Shown here: one piece after another, positions 39,082 through 49,365 of the stretch
Numbering within the stretch: the stretch's first letter is position 1
Layout: each line of letters opens with the position of its first letter
DNA from: an uncultured Phycisphaerae bacterium
Lineage (GTDB): Bacteria; Planctomycetota; Phycisphaerae; SM23-33
DNA length: 64,000 bases
Assembly (NCBI GenBank): GCA_963760365.1
Contig: CAVXDC010000008.1
Span: 15,328 to 79,327, forward strand
Reading direction: 5' to 3'
The notes under the pieces: generated by a model
What the model was told of the DNA's origin: nothing
The model's input: the letters and a program-made list of their open reading frames with translations, nothing else
The model's database searches: none
Program-made: the position numbers and the translations under genes

Positions 39082-40240
39082 GTATCGCCGCGACCTGCCG
39101 GTAAATCCGCGTCACGGCCGCCACCGCCCCGGCGGGGCTGTGGTCGCGCCGCAGGTGCGCGAGCGCCTTTGCCGCCAGGGCCGACGCCCGGGGGTGGTCG
39201 TCCAGCAGCACCGTGCAACTTGGCCGTCAGGTCGGCGGCGCTGCCGGGTGTGAAGAGCAGCGCCGTCTGCCCGTCGATCAGGAAGTCGCTCGCCCCCTGC
39301 CCGGCCGCCAGGACCGGCACGCCCGCCGCCATGGCCAGCAGGCACGGCATGTCGATGGCGCGGTCGGGGATGGGCGCGACGTACAGGTCGGCCGCCTTGA
39401 AAATCTCCGGCAGCAGCCGCGGCGGCTGGCGGTCCACGAACGTCAGATCCGCCCGCACGCCCAGCATCTCCGCCAGGCGCGGAGGCGCTTCTCGGCCCGG
39501 CCGTTGCCCATCAGGAAAAACACGGCGTCGCGCCCGCCGCGCCGCAATTCCGCAAAGCAGCGGACCACCGCCTCGAAGGAGGCAAAATCGTCCATCGGCC
39601 CGCCGGCCACGATGGAAACGCACAGCCGCGGATCGAGAAAACAGGTGGGCTTGCGGACTTGATAGACCCCCGGGTGAACCCGCTCGATCCGCGATGCGTC
39701 CGTCACCCGGCGATTCAACAGCGCCTGGCGGACACACTCCGAGGCCGCCAGGACGTTTCCCACCGAATCGCCCAGGCGGCCTAAGGTCTTCCAGTCGTCC
39801 AGGTGGTAGCTGCTGACAAGACAGTTCAGGCCCGCCAGGTCCCCCAGCCGCGACGCCAGTGGCCAAGCGTCGGCGTCCAGGGCGTGCAGAAGCCGAACCT
39901 TGCGGTGGCGAAGCTCCCCGGCCAGCGCCTCGAGCGCGGCGGTGTTGGGGAACAAGCCCCACCGGTGAGTCCGGACACAGGAAACCGTCTCCACCGGCGG
40001 GCTGGGCAGCTCCTGGACGTCGGCCCCCTCGGGGCACAAGGCCAGGATTTCCACCAGCTCGTCCATCAGCCCGATGGCCAGCGGCTGCAAGGCCCTTCCG
40101 AACCGCTCGGTCGTCGTGCGTCCCACCACCCAGCCGACGCGGAGGCGCTGCGCCGGCGCCTGCAACGGGGCGGGCGTAAGCAGAGGCTGCTCCTCTTTCC
40201 CGGGTGGCGGGGCAGGAGCGACGTCGGTGTGTTCGTCCAT
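39050..40240 (-). CDS. Glycosyltransferase family 4-like protein, frameshifted
   Basis: VHPGV, ADLYV.P, AMAAGVPVLA, DFLIDGQTALLF; ends approximate. Confidence 0.75.
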
Positions 40241-40354
40241 CCGGCTCACGAGAGTCCTTGCGGCACTGGGCGGCCCTGGATTATCTACCCGCAGACATGC
40301 TGAAATGAAAGACCGACTCTCCGCCTCCGTCGCCTCCAGGGGAACCCCAACTCC

Positions 40355-42675
40355 TTACGCGCGGGCCGCGTCGTCGTCCTCGGCGGCGGAGTCCTGCCGG
40401 TCGGCGGCGAAGGAGGCCTTCATCTCCTGCCAGTCCTCCAGCGTGACCAGGCACTCGCGGGCCTGGCTGCCCTTGTAGTCGCCCAGCAACCCCGCCTCGG
40501 CCATCTGGTCGATGATGCGGCTGGCGCGGCTGTAGCCGATCTGCAACCGCCGCTGGAGCAGCGAGACGCTGCCCCGCTGGGTCGCCAGGACGATCTCGAC
40601 GGCCTGGTCGAACAGCTCGTCCCTTTCCCCGTCAGCCCCGTCCAGCGACGCGGCGCTGAGGCGCGTCAGCTCGGTGCTGTAGTGCGGCTCGCCGCCCTTG
40701 TGCAAGGCGGAGACGACGGTGCGGATCTCCGCCTCGTCCACGTACGTGCCCTGGGCGCGGATCAGGCTGCTGGTGCCCGGCTGGAGGAACAGCATGTCGC
40801 CCTGGCCCAGCAGCACCTCGGCGCCGTTCTGGTCCAGGACGATGCGGCTTTCCAGCCGGCTGGCCACGCGGAAGCTGATGCGGCAGGGCATGTTAGCCTT
40901 GATCAGGCCGGTGACGACGTTGGCGCTGGGCCGCTGGGTGGCCAGGAGCAGGTGGATGCCCACCGCGCGGGCCTTCTGGGCGATGCGGATGATGTACGTC
41001 TCGACCTCCTTGGTGGAGGTCATGATCAGGTCGGCCAGCTCGTCGATGACGATCACGATGTACGGCAGGTGCACGGGGATCTGGGCGCCTTCTCCTCCTC
41101 GCTGGCCGCGCCGAGACGCTGATAGATTTCCTCGCGGCCCAGGCGGTTGTAGCCGGTGACGTTCTTGACGCCCGCCTCCTTGAACAGCTCGTACCGTTCG
41201 TCCATCTTGATCGTGGCCCATTCCAGGATGTCCTCGGCCCGCCGCATGTCGTTGACGATCGGGCATAGCAGGTGCGGCACGTTCTCGAAGGCAGCCATCT
41301 CGACCATCTTGGGGTCGATCAGGATCAGCCGGACCTGCTCGGGCGTCCGCGTCATCAGCAGCTCCACGAGAATGGCGTTGATGCACACGCTCTTGCCCGA
41401 GCCGGTGGTGCCGGCGATCAGCATGTGCGGCATGGAGGCCAGGTCGGCGACGATGGCCGAGCCGCTGGCGTCCTTGCCCAGGTACAGCGGCAGGTGCATC
41501 GTCTTTTCGGCATCGGGGGCGGCCTTCATCAGCTCGCGGATGCGGACGATCTCCTTCTGAAGGTTGGGCACCTCGATGCCGATGGTGTCCTTGCCCGGCA
41601 GGGGCGAGACCACGCGCACGCCCGGCACGGCCAGCGCCCGGGCGATGTCGTTGGCCAGGTTGCTGACCTGGGTGACCTTCACGCCCGGGGCCAGCGTCAG
41701 CTCGAACATCGTGATCACCGGGCCGGTCATGTGCCCCACCACCTCGGCCCCGACGGTAAAGTCGCCCAGGGTCTGCTGGAGCACGGTCCGCTTCTCGGCG
41801 GCCTGGGACTCCTGCATCTCAAGATAGTTCGTCGTCGGCTCGGCCAGGAGGTCCGGGGAAGGCAGCACGTATTCCTTGCCGTCCTGGCCACGGGCGATCT
41901 TGCCGGGCGTGGGCCTGGCCGGTGTGACCGGCGGCTTGGACGCGGGCCTGACGGCCGGTGCAAAGGGCACAGGCGCAGGCCTTACGGGCGCGACCGCTTT
42001 GAGGGGCGGGACGGGGGGCCTATCCTTGGCGGACGGGGCTTGGGCCTTGACTTCAGGCAGGTGAGTCCGGATGGCCTCCACCACCGCCGGTAGCCGGTTG
42101 CGCTCGAGCCAAACCTTTCGGCCCAGGCGCGGAATCTGGAGGACCAGGTTCTCTGCCGCCAGCAGCAGCCCGACGCACAGGGAAATGATGACGATGACCC
42201 ACGCCCCGGCCTGGGCAAACCGCGACAGCAGGTAATTCCCCACGGCCGTGCCGAGAATCCCCGCCGGCCCGACGGCCGCCCCATCGGCGGGCAAGGGCTT
42301 GATCAGGAAAACGGCGGCGCTGGCGGCGGCCATCAGGATGGCCACGCCGATGATGCGCCAGGGCATGGCGGTGATCCGGCCCCCCAGCACCAGGATAAAG
42401 GCCGCCACGGAGGCGAACGTCAACCCCATGTACACGCCCCCGCCCAGCCAATAGCGCAGCAAGTGGGCGAGGTAGGCCCCAACGATCCCGGCGGCGTTGG
42501 TGGGCTTTTGCGGCGGGTACACCGCCGGGGAGGGTGGGTCCTGCGGCGAATACGTCAGCAGGCTCAGCCAGCTCAGAACCACCAACCCCGTCAGCAGCAG
42601 CACGCCGCAGTACCGCACGGCCCTCCAACCGCCGTGGCCTTGCGGACCGGACTTGTCCTGCTGCTTGCCTGACAT
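40355..42675 (-). CDS. ftsK: DNA translocase FtsK (frameshift near 41085)
   Basis: 4TM N-domain, GPVIT, IGIEVPN, PHMLIAGTTGSGKS, IDELADL, ATQRPS, LLGQGDML, gamma domain SLLQRRLQIGYSRA. Confidence 0.97.
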
Positions 42676-42970
42676 ACCTGCGATGGTCCTATCCGCCATC
42701 CCGGTGCGTCTGACGCGCGGAGATAGCGTCGCCGCCTTGCCGAGCGCGCGGACAATTTTCTCACCTCACCCCTGCCCTCCCAGGCGAGGGTGGGTTGCGT
42801 CCCTGCGCCACGGTTCGCAAGCGCAGACTTCCTTATCTACTTATCGGACGGTCCGCCATCCGGTCTGCAAGGTATATCCCCGTTCATCCCCTGATTACCG
42901 TAACGACTGTATTCCGCATCAAAAAAGTCGCCCTAAGGGGAACACTTCTTGCCAGCAGACAGGACCGGCC

Positions 42971-44688
42971 CTAGGAAACCGCCGTCCCCTGGGAGGCGCT
43001 GCGGGTCAAATCCGCTTGGTATTGCCGGCTTTCGAAAGGCTGACCCTGCTCGGCCGCGACGCCCGCTTCGACTAGCGCCTGCCAGTGCTTGTCGTTGAAG
43101 AGGCAGCCTGGGTCGCCGGCGTGGAGCTGGCCGTAGTAGGCGTCGGCCCGGGCGCGGCACCCGCCGCAATAGTTGCGAAACGCGCAGACCTCGCAGTGGT
43201 GCAGGCGGCGCGAGCGGTCGTTGAGAATCTCGGCGAAGGCGTTGCGGCGGAAGATGTCCAGCAGCCTGGCGGAGCGGACGTTGCCCATCACACGGTGGGG
43301 CAGGTACACGCAGGGGGTCACGTCGCCGGACGGTTCCAGGCACAGGTAGGTTCGCCCGGCCCCGCAGCCGCCCAGGTACTTGGCCACCACGCGGGCCTTC
43401 ACGCCGCTGCCCGAACCGGCGTGCGAGCAGGTCACCCGCCCGCCGACCCCTGCTGACCCGGCCAGGCACACGCGGCCAAGCTGCGGGGCGGTGGAGATCA
43501 CGCCCATCCCGCCGGCCTGCATCTTTTCGTTCAACAGCGCCAGCAACCGCTCGCGCTGGGCGGGACTGATGTCGCCGCGGACCATCTTCAGCCCCCGGCC
43601 CACGGGGATGAAGTTGAAGTGCGCGAAACAGCTCGCCCCCAGGTCCTGGGCCAAAGCGATCATGTCGGCCACCTCGTGGAAATTGTCCTGATGGACGCAC
43701 ATGGCGATGCCCAGGCGCAGCCCCGGCGTCGCGGTCACGGCCTTGGCCCCGGCGACTGCGCGGCGCCACATGCCCTCCTGGCCGCGGAAGGCGTCGTGAC
43801 GAGCCTCGTCCACGCTGTCTAAGGAAATCTCCACGTAGCGCAAGCCCGCTTCGGCCAATCGGGCTGCCAATTCGGCCGTCATCGTCGTGCCGTTGGTGGC
43901 GATGGTCGTGTGCATGCCGTACCGCTTGCGCGCTCGAGCACGGGAATCAGGTGCGGGCTGACGGTCGGCTCCCCGCCGGAGATGGCCAGCATCGGCACGT
44001 AACCCCGGCCCATCTGGTCCACGACGGAAAGCTTCTCCTCCAGGCTCAGCTCCCCATCCAGAGCCGCCCGGGAGCTATCCTGGTAGCAGTGGCGGCAGGT
44101 CAAATTACAGCGGTTGGTGAAGTTCCACACAATAAACAATGGGGCGACGAACCGCTGCGGCACCTGCAAGCCGAACTCGGCCAGCGAGCGGGCCACGATG
44201 ACCAGGCCGCGGAGTGTCGGGGCGTGCTCGGCCAGGCGGCGGCGGAAGGTGGCCGCGTCCACCCCGCCGCGCATGCGGTCGATGAAACGGTGCACCGGCC
44301 AATACTTCGCCCGCAAGGACGCCGGGGCCTTGGGATTGCGATAGCTGGCGATGATCCGCTCCAAGGCCGTCACCCCGTCGCGGCCGGGGGCTGACAGTCG
44401 CCGCAGAACCCACCGGCCCAGGCGATTGCCCAACCAGCGTTCCAGCGGATGATGAAAATCGAGCTGGAGCGCCCGCGGCGTCAGGCGGTCGGAAAGACCG
44501 CCGGCCTGCACGTAGGCGCCGCTGCTGATCTGGCCGTCGTCGGTCCGCTCGGTGCGCTTGTCGGGATTGGCCGAGGGGGCAAAGTCGTCGGCGTACCGCT
44601 TGCCGATGGCCGCGGCCGTGGTGTGGTCGGCGGCGGCGGTGTAGGAGCGGACGGACTCCCCGCACCGGCTGTGCGTCAGGCCCATCAC
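42971..44688 (-). CDS. Radical SAM / SPASM domain protein with a long N-terminal extension (frameshift near 43925)
   Basis: WNFTNRCNLTCRHCY, GGEP, TNGT, SPASM CGAG..GDVTPC..C..C..CGGCRARA..DPGC; ATGA-coupled to the upstream gene. Confidence 0.9.
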
Positions 44689-46553
44689 GTCCTACCCCCT
44701 GTCGCCGCGCTCCCGGCGGCGGCGTAGCATCGCTCCACCACCGGGCGGTACTCCGGCCCGCAGTTGTACGTGCAGAACGGGAACACCCCGGCCGGCGTAG
44801 AGTAAAGGATCACGCAGTGCCGGGCCCGCTGGATGTCGAAATTGTAGCGGTCCATGAAGTGCATGCCCGCGCACAGCAGGGTCCTGTAGGTGACTTGCTC
44901 GCTCTCCCCGCGCCCCTGGTGCTTGTCCACCAGGCCCTGGAGCGAGCGGATGAACCGGTCCACGGTCAACCCCGGCGGCGCGGCGGCGGCGTTGAAGTGC
45001 CGTTTGAACATGCGGACCGTCCGCCAGCGGTCCAGCCAGGTTGCCCGGCCCCGGCGGCGGACGGCGACGGCGATGCGGTTCATGTCGCTGAACATCCCCT
45101 CCACGTCGATCACCTGCGGGAAGGGATACGCCTTGCCCTCGGGCGAGACCAGAAAGTAAGTGCCGAACGCACAGTCCGGATGGCAGCTTGGCCGGACTTT
45201 GGGCTGGCCCGTCAGGGCCTCCAGGATCTGCGACAGCGGCACGACGATGGTCAGGGGAAACATGTCCCGCAGCGCGCTGGCGCCGGAGGCGGCGGCGATG
45301 GCGTGGGCCAGGTCGCCCAGCGTGTAGCGGATGGCGTGGCGCTGCTGGGCGTCGATCCGCCCGGAGATCGAGACCGGCTGGAAGCTGATGGCGCTGACCA
45401 CGTCGATGTGGGCGACGGCGAAGCGGAAGATCTCCCCCACCTGCTCGTCGTTGACGCCTCGCAGGATCGTCGGCACCAGGCAGACCTTCATGCCGGTGGC
45501 GCGGCAGTTGGCCAGCACGGCCAGCTTCTTATCCCATAGGCCCGGGAAGTTCCGCGTGCGGCGGTAGGCCTCCTCGCCCACGCCGTCGAACTGCAAGTAA
45601 AGCGTGTGCAGTCCGGCCCGGGCGGCCTGCTCGGCGAAGCGAGGGTCGGCCAGGCGGAGGCCGTTGGTGGCAATCTGGATGTGCGAAAAGCCCATGTCTC
45701 GGGCGGCAGACAGGATTTTTAAAAAATCCGGATGCAGCGTGGGCTCCCCGCCGGTGAACTGGATGGCGGTGCAGGGGGTGGGCCGCAGATTGCGAAGCAC
45801 GCGGAGCTGGCGGTGGATTTCCTCGTAGGGCGGCTGATAGACGGCCCCGGCGGCGTTGGCATTGGCGAAGCAGACCGGGCATCGCATGTCGCAGCGGTTG
45901 GTCAGATCAATCTGCGCCAGGCACGCACACGACAGGTGCCGGCCGCACAGGCCGCAATCGGATGGACAGGGACCGGCGGCGGAGACGTGGGGATTTTTCA
46001 GCCCCGCAAGTTCCTCGAAGGTCCACCAGGCGGCCTTGGAGTACAGCAGCACGTCGCTGCTGACGCAGTCGCGGAAGTAGCCGTGGGCGGGGCAGGTTTT
46101 TTCGAGGAACACCGCCCCGTCCTGGACGAAGGAGCGCCCCAGCACCGTCGCGCCGCAGTCGGGGCAGAGGGTCTCCACGGTCCGCGGCAGGCGGCGGAGC
46201 ACCGGCTGGATGCGGTGGCCGCTGGCGGTTTGTTCGGCGCTGCCGGGAAAATCGCTGGCCAGGTCGGTCCAGATCGCGTCCTGGTGCACCTGGCGCAGGG
46301 GCGGGCAGGTGCGGCAGCGAAAGCTCAGCACGACCTGCCGGCCGATCCGCTCGAACCGGGCTGGGACCACCTGGCGGCAGGCGGGGCAGGTGGCCTGGGT
46401 CTCGACGGGCAAGGCAGCGTAGGTGTGGGCGAAGTAGCCCATGCCCCGCCGCAGCTCGGCAAGCTCCCTCCAGGGACCGGCCTGGCCGAGGACATGCTCC
46501 GCGGCTCGGCGGCGGAGGGCAGCTTCGGCATCGACGTTACGCGTCATACGCAA
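44685..46553 (-). CDS. Tetraether lipid synthase (Tes / GDGT-MAS, MJ0619 family)-like radical SAM protein
   Basis: CPDC..KTCPAHG rubredoxin-like site, CPSDCGLCGRH, DLTNRCDMRCPVCFANA, QFTGGEPT, YLQFDG, FQPVS.SGR, CHPDC, MHFMD.YNFD..R..C, PFCTYN. Confidence 0.85.
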   Translation of the reverse strand: MRMTRNVDAEAALRRRAAEHVLGQAGPWRELAELRRGMGYFAHTYAALPVETQATCPACRQVVPARFERIGRQVVLSFRCRTCPPLRQVHQDAIWTDLASDFPGSAEQTASGHRIQPVLRRLPRTVETLCPDCGATVLGRSFVQDGAVFLEKTCPAHGYFRDCVSSDVLLYSKAAWWTFEELAGLKNPHVSAAGPCPSDCGLCGRHLSCACLAQIDLTNRCDMRCPVCFANANAAGAVYQPPYEEIHRQLRVLRNLRPTPCTAIQFTGGEPTLHPDFLKILSAARDMGFSHIQIATNGLRLADPRFAEQAARAGLHTLYLQFDGVGEEAYRRTRNFPGLWDKKLAVLANCRATGMKVCLVPTILRGVNDEQVGEIFRFAVAHIDVVSAISFQPVSISGRIDAQQRHAIRYTLGDLAHAIAAASGASALRDMFPLTIVVPLSQILEALTGQPKVRPSCHPDCAFGTYFLVSPEGKAYPFPQVIDVEGMFSDMNRIAVAVRRRGRATWLDRWRTVRMFKRHFNAAAAPPGLTVDRFIRSLQGLVDKHQGRGESEQVTYRTLLCAGMHFMDRYNFDIQRARHCVILYSTPAGVFPFCTYNCGPEYRPVVERCYAAAGSAATGGRT

Positions 46554-46632
46554 TGATCCGCGGCCTGGCCTGTCCCACCGGCCCCTACCATTAAAAAGGT
46601 CCAGGCACTTATCAATTTTTTACTAAAAAGTT

Positions 46633-47928
46633 TTAGTCCCGAAAGAACGCCGGCCAGCGGCGGACCTTCTTCTTGCGCTTGCGGTAGTTGACGGCCAGTT
46701 CCATGAAGATGTCCAGGTCGCGGTCCATGTTGGAGCTGGTGGCGTCGAAGTAGAAGTTGCGGATCGGGATGTCGTCGTGTTCGGCGGCCAGGGCGTGATA
46801 GATGGCCTCGGAGATGATGCCGTTCATGCAGGAGAACGGGCTGATGTCGATGATGCCGTCGGTGCCCTTGCCGTACAGGTACACGCTCTTGCCGATCGAC
46901 AGCGCCATCTCGCCCAGCGCCCCGTCGGCGGGCAGATAGGGCCAGCCGGGCTTGAGCACCTCCTCGTACAGGTCGTGCGGCTCTTCGTAGCCGACGAAGT
47001 CCTCATCGAAGATCGCCAGGAGCTTCTTTTCGTCGCGGCGCTGCACGGCGTTCTTGACCATCGCCCCCAGCATGTCCAGGGAGATCGTCTTGCCGTCCCG
47101 CCGGAGCAGGTACTTCTGCGACCAGTTGGTGTACCACACCCACTCGCTCACGTCGCTCAGCCAGGCCTCGCCGCCGTGGGCCTCGATCTTGCGGACGGCA
47201 TCGGAGTTGCTGAAGGTGTTGAGGCGGCAGAAGATCTCCCCCACCACGCCGATCAGGGGTTTGTCCCTGGTGTAGCGGGCGGGGACGGCGTGGAACAGGC
47301 CCCGCGCGGCCTTCAGCGCCTCGGTAATCAATTCCAGGCGGTCGCGGGCGGTCAGGTCAGATCGCTCGACGACGGCCTCCACCAGGTCCAGGCTCTTTTG
47401 GTAGGCCGCGTCGGCGGTGCCGGGGGCCGTCTCGTAGGGGCGGGTCTTCAGTAGCATCTTGCGGAGGATGTCGGAGGAGACCAGCCCCCACCACAAATGA
47501 CGGATCATGGTGGTGGAATGGTTGGCCAGGCCGTCGTAGCTGTTCTTGCTGGTGGGAGAAAGGATGGGGATATCCTGCAATCCCAGCTCCTGGAGGACCA
47601 GCTTCAGGTAGGGCCCGTACTGGCCGAAGCGGCAAGGACCCTCGGCCGTGGGCATGAAGAAGGCCGTGCGGGCGGGATCAAACTCCTTGGAATGGATGAT
47701 CCGCAGGAAGTCGCCCAGGGTCACCTTCTGGGGGTAGCATTCCTCACCGCTGCTGTACAGGCCGCCGAGTTCCAGCGTGCGGTCGTCGCTGGGGGGTGTG
47801 ACGGCGGCATCGATGCCGATGGAGCGGAACGCGGCCGCCATCATCTTGGCACCCGCGTACGTCATGCGAGGGACCCACAGCGTCCTGCCCCGCAGCCGCT
47901 CTGTCGCCGTCGAACTGGCCATGCCCAA
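46633..47928 (-). CDS. PlsR-like protein (C-terminal modules of plasmalogen synthase PlsA / glycerol ester reductase; COG3581-type)
   Basis: AAAFR..G, SGEECYP..TLGD, FMPTA.GPCRFGQY, IGVVGEIF.R.N.FSN, IEAHGGEAW, GE..LSIGK, PFSCMNG. Confidence 0.8.
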   Translation of the reverse strand: MGMASSTATERLRGRTLWVPRMTYAGAKMMAAAFRSIGIDAAVTPPSDDRTLELGGLYSSGEECYPQKVTLGDFLRIIHSKEFDPARTAFFMPTAEGPCRFGQYGPYLKLVLQELGLQDIPILSPTSKNSYDGLANHSTTMIRHLWWGLVSSDILRKMLLKTRPYETAPGTADAAYQKSLDLVEAVVERSDLTARDRLELITEALKAARGLFHAVPARYTRDKPLIGVVGEIFCRLNTFSNSDAVRKIEAHGGEAWLSDVSEWVWYTNWSQKYLLRRDGKTISLDMLGAMVKNAVQRRDEKKLLAIFDEDFVGYEEPHDLYEEVLKPGWPYLPADGALGEMALSIGKSVYLYGKGTDGIIDISPFSCMNGIISEAIYHALAAEHDDIPIRNFYFDATSSNMDRDLDIFMELAVNYRKRKKKVRRWPAFFRD

Positions 47929-47929
47929 T

Positions 47930-47964
47930 CCTATTAGCCTATTAACCCTTTAACCTATTAACCT
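47930..47964. repeat. AT-rich short tandem repeat (cctattaa-like x4)
   Basis: cctattag cctattaa ccctttaa cctattaa cct, immediately upstream of the PlsR-like gene. Confidence 0.7.
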
Positions 47965-48205
47965 AAAGCCCATACCATATCGTCAAGCTCGCAGCGTTTC
48001 ACGACCTTTGTCGCGTCCGACAGGCACCAGGGAACAGGCACGCAGAGCCGACGACGGCCGTCCCCATGGAAGGACACGGTAAGTGAGGAACGCCCCCAGT
48101 CCGCCGTCTGCTTGACGCGCTCTCGGCCAGGAGTAGGATGGGGACGAGGATCGGAGGTAGATCCTCGAAATGGTAGTCCGGGAAGGAGCCCTGGGGAGGC
48201 ACGGC

Positions 48206-49093
48206 ATGTCGGGAATCCGCTTCAGCATGGCCGGCAGCGGCAACTGGCGACGGTGGTTCCCCGATGACGCGGCCTGTGCGCTGTACGAGCGCATCTACCC
48301 ACGTGGCGCGCGCCTGGACGAACTCCCGGCCGACGAGCGGCGCCGGGTTGAAGGATGGCAAGCACCGGGCTTCATCGCCGTTCGGGATGGGGTGGCGGTT
48401 CCACTTGTGCCGGTGTTTACAGACTCAGACCGCGCCGAGCTGGCTACCTGGTTCACCGTGGCGACCGAGCAGGCCGTGGCAGTTCTCCGGGACCGCATCG
48501 GGGACTATCGCCGCCTGGCCGACGCCCTGTCTGTCGGCGGACGTGTCCCGCGCGACCCTCTGCTGACCCTCCTCCTGTGCGCGCACACGCTGGATATGGG
48601 CACGCTGGAGGAACTGGAGAAGGGCGCCCTGGGCCGCCCTCCCTCCCGCGCCGACAGTGGGGAGTACTTCCTGTGGGGTACGAGCGTTCAAGGCGATCCG
48701 ACTTGCGCCTTCGGGGTCAATAGCATGCATATCGGGGATGGGTGGCTGGTCTCGGCGATCCACTCGGGAAGCGTGCGGCGGGCCGCGCCCCGTGCGGGAG
48801 TCCTGGCGATCCCCGTCCTGGACGCCGCGGCGATGCAGCGCGTCAATGACCTGTGCGTGCCCACGTCGCGACGCCTCGCGGAGGTCTTCCTGGCGAACGT
48901 CGAGCGGCTCGAGGGGCAGGTCGAGCGGTGCAGCTTCGCGGCATGCTCGCGACCCGACTGCCTGTGCATGTTGTTCCACCTGGGGTACCCCCGTGTGGCG
49001 GGCGCCCTGGTGGAAGCGGGCTTGCTTCCTGCGTTTCCCGCCCGGGTGGATGACTCGTGGGGACTCTGGATCAGCGCCCCGCTGCCGGAGTGA
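48206..49093 (+). CDS. Hypothetical protein
   Basis: 295-aa ORF preceded by GGAGG, with protein-like composition; no recognised motif. Confidence 0.6.
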   Translation: MSGIRFSMAGSGNWRRWFPDDAACALYERIYPRGARLDELPADERRRVEGWQAPGFIAVRDGVAVPLVPVFTDSDRAELATWFTVATEQAVAVLRDRIGDYRRLADALSVGGRVPRDPLLTLLLCAHTLDMGTLEELEKGALGRPPSRADSGEYFLWGTSVQGDPTCAFGVNSMHIGDGWLVSAIHSGSVRRAAPRAGVLAIPVLDAAAMQRVNDLCVPTSRRLAEVFLANVERLEGQVERCSFAACSRPDCLCMLFHLGYPRVAGALVEAGLLPAFPARVDDSWGLWISAPLPE

Positions 49094-49104
49094 GCTTGTC
49101 TTGA

Positions 49105-49128
49105 AAGCCAGCGGAGGGAATCGAACCC
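49105..49128 (-). repeat. Direct repeat of the tRNA-Thr 3' end (att-like)
   Basis: aagccagcggagggaatcgaaccc at 49105-49128 is identical to 49208-49231. Confidence 0.9.
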
Positions 49129-49208
49129 TCCTTCGCCAAGGCTTCGGAGGGTTTGGGCCGGAGTCTCTTCAAGCCAAACCGATCCGCCGAAGCTTTAGCG
49201 AAGGCGGA
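49126..49208. mobile_element. REPIN/MITE-like doublet of inverted REP palindromes
   Basis: ccttcgccaaggcttcgg (49130-49147) and ccgaagctttagcgaagg (49187-49204) are inverted copies (16/18), with inner ggtttgg/ccaaacc arms. Confidence 0.6.
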
Positions 49209-49280
49209 AGCCAGCGGAGGGAATCGAACCCACAACCCCCGCTTTACAAAAGCGGTGCTCTACCGTTGAGCTACGCTGGC
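49209..49280 (-). tRNA. tRNA-Thr(TGT)
   Basis: Minus strand GCCAGCGTAGCTCAACGGTAGAGCA-CCGCT-TTTGTAA-AGCGG-GGGTTGTGGGTTCGATTCCCTCCGCTGGCT; anticodon TGT; CCA not encoded. Confidence 0.96.
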
Positions 49281-49365
49281 CTTTCCTGCGGACTTTTCTT
49301 ATACGTCGGAGGACGAAGGTTGAAAAGTTCCAAAAAAATGGCGGCTCGAGGACACCCTCAGGCGG

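Noticed and set aside
42971-46553. Radical SAM/SPASM RiPP cluster
   Set aside because: No precursor peptide, PqqD/RRE domain, peptidase or exporter nearby; the partner genes point to lipid chemistry.
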